The notes under the pieces are model-generated. The model did not search any database, had not been told where the DNA came from, and was given only the letters and a program-made list of their open reading frames with translations. The translations under genes and the position numbers were made by a program. Below, in pieces: positions 62,808-64,000 of a DNA stretch of 64,000 nucleotides. Source of the stretch: an uncultured Pirellulales bacterium (GTDB lineage: Bacteria > Planctomycetota > Planctomycetia > Pirellulales > UBA1268); assembly GCA_965662325.1 (NCBI GenBank), contig CBFIHW010000001.1:6204-70203 (forward strand), written 5' to 3'. Each line of letters starts with the position of its first letter. Within the stretch, counting starts at the first letter, position 1.

Positions 62808-63884
62808 ATGACAGGTTCAGCAGATTTAAATACAGCCGATTTTTATGACTACGACCTTCCCGAGTCATCTATTGCCCAGGAACCACTGGCAGATCGTGCT
62901 GCTGCTCGGCTGCTTGTTTTGGATCGAGCGACGCAATCTATCCGACATATGAATATTCGTGATTTGCCTAAGATCCTCGCACCGAACGATCTTATGATAG
63001 TAAATGATTCGCGAGTTGTACCGGCTCGCCTACATGGACGGCGGGCTGAAACAGATGGTCGTTGGGAGGGGCTCTTTTTAGCTGAGGTTGTTGGGGACGA
63101 TGGACGTCGGCTCGTGCGTCTTTTGTCCAAGACACGGGGGACCTTGCGCGTTGGTGAACGTATCATCATAATGGGCAAAGATGGTGAGGATCAGTCTGTT
63201 CTTGAGCTTGTTGCGCGTGATGCGGGAGGGACCTGGTTAGTTGATCCGTGTTCAGACGAGCCAATGCTTGATTTTCTGTCACGAGTTGGCCGGGTTCCCC
63301 TTCCTGGATATATTCGGGAGGGAATAGCCCGGAGTGAAGATGTTGAGAGATACCAGACAGTCTTTGCGGAACGACCGGGATCAGCTGCAGCACCAACGGC
63401 GGGCCTGCACTTCACGCCTGCGCTATTGCGAGAGCTGCAGAGCAGGGGTGTCAAGCGTGCAGAAGTTACTTTGCATGTTGGGATCGATACATTTCGGCCC
63501 ATCGGCACGGAAAAAATTGATGATCACTCAATGCACTCTGAGTGGTGCGCGGTTCCTGATGAAACGGTAGCAGCGATTCGTCAAACTCAGCGGCTTGGCG
63601 GAAGAGTCGTGGCCGTCGGCACGACAGCCGTTCGGTCTCTCGAAACGGCTGCCAAGGCTGGAGCAGCCGAGTCATTTGTTGGTGCAACAGACTTATATAT
63701 TCGTCCTGGGTATTCTTTTTGTGCAGTGGACGTCATGCTCACGAACTTTCATATGCCGAGAACGACCTTGATGGTACTTGTGAGCGCGTTTGCGGGCCAT
63801 GATCTCATCAGGCACGCGTATCAAGAAGCAGTTCGGACTGGCTATCGATTTCTGAGTTACGGCGATGCAATGCTGATTTTGTAG
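62808..63884 (+). CDS. queA: S-adenosylmethionine:tRNA ribosyltransferase-isomerase
   Basis: DFYDYDLPESSIAQEPLADR..ARLLV, AAPTAGLHFT, LHVGIDTFRP, VAVGTTAVRSLE and FHMPRTTLMVLVSAF are present. I preferred the ATG at 62808 to the TTG at 62790. Confidence 0.9.
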   Translation: MTGSADLNTADFYDYDLPESSIAQEPLADRAAARLLVLDRATQSIRHMNIRDLPKILAPNDLMIVNDSRVVPARLHGRRAETDGRWEGLFLAEVVGDDGRRLVRLLSKTRGTLRVGERIIIMGKDGEDQSVLELVARDAGGTWLVDPCSDEPMLDFLSRVGRVPLPGYIREGIARSEDVERYQTVFAERPGSAAAPTAGLHFTPALLRELQSRGVKRAEVTLHVGIDTFRPIGTEKIDDHSMHSEWCAVPDETVAAIRQTQRLGGRVVAVGTTAVRSLETAAKAGAAESFVGATDLYIRPGYSFCAVDVMLTNFHMPRTTLMVLVSAFAGHDLIRHAYQEAVRTGYRFLSYGDAMLIL

Positions 63885-64000
63885 TGCAAAAATGTCAGTC
63901 AGGGTTTTCCTCAGAGGTCTCCGTAAAACTTTCAGCCGGTCGTTGTATGATGCAAAGAGAAATACGGATAAAATAGTTCCCAAGTTGAATCATAAAAAGG

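Noticed and set aside
1-64000. A search for CRISPR arrays, IS elements or transposases, integrases, prophage genes, toxin-antitoxin pairs, and long direct or tandem repeats.
   Set aside because: I recognised none by reading the ORF translations and intergenic regions. The only repeated structures are short palindromes, which are reported separately. A computational repeat scan would be needed to exclude diverged repeats.

Overview
This is a 64-kb chromosomal segment of roughly 50% GC. It is densely coding, with about 50 CDS and 3 RNA genes that the ORF track does not show. Tetrahydromethanopterin (H4MPT)-linked C1-transfer genes (fae, mtd, mch, two ATP-grasp ligases, a PTPS-like and a CitG-like gene) are interleaved with core genes: rsgA, hflX, smc, rpoN, recR, dnaX, mutS, ppk1, rnpA, yidD, fabI, rsmH, queA, plsC and cdsA. 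That mix, a DUF1571-like protein, multi-kb ORFs for giant envelope proteins and frequent GTG/TTG starts suggest a Planctomycetota-like genome. This is an inference I cannot verify here. I saw no transposase, integrase, phage gene, CRISPR array or rRNA. The RNA genes are a partial RNase P RNA (1-245, minus), an SRP/4.5S RNA (about 19550-19665, minus) and tRNA-Lys(CUU) (32031-32104, plus). The most noteworthy observations are: (1) two translationally coupled giant ORFs (45.8-56.1 kb) that appear to consist of three paralogous ~1,100-aa membrane-anchored modules with no motif I recognise; (2) a YhaN/YhaO (SbcC/SbcD-like) pair in which the nuclease-like subunit seems to have lost every phosphoesterase motif, preceded by an unknown 285-aa ORF; (3) A8 and A10 runs, including A-AAA-AAG, at the tau/gamma position of dnaX, with both alternative frames closing immediately; (4) a FlgI-like lipoprotein fused to HEAT-like repeats and start/stop-coupled to smc. 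All family assignments come from motif recognition by eye. No database search was run.
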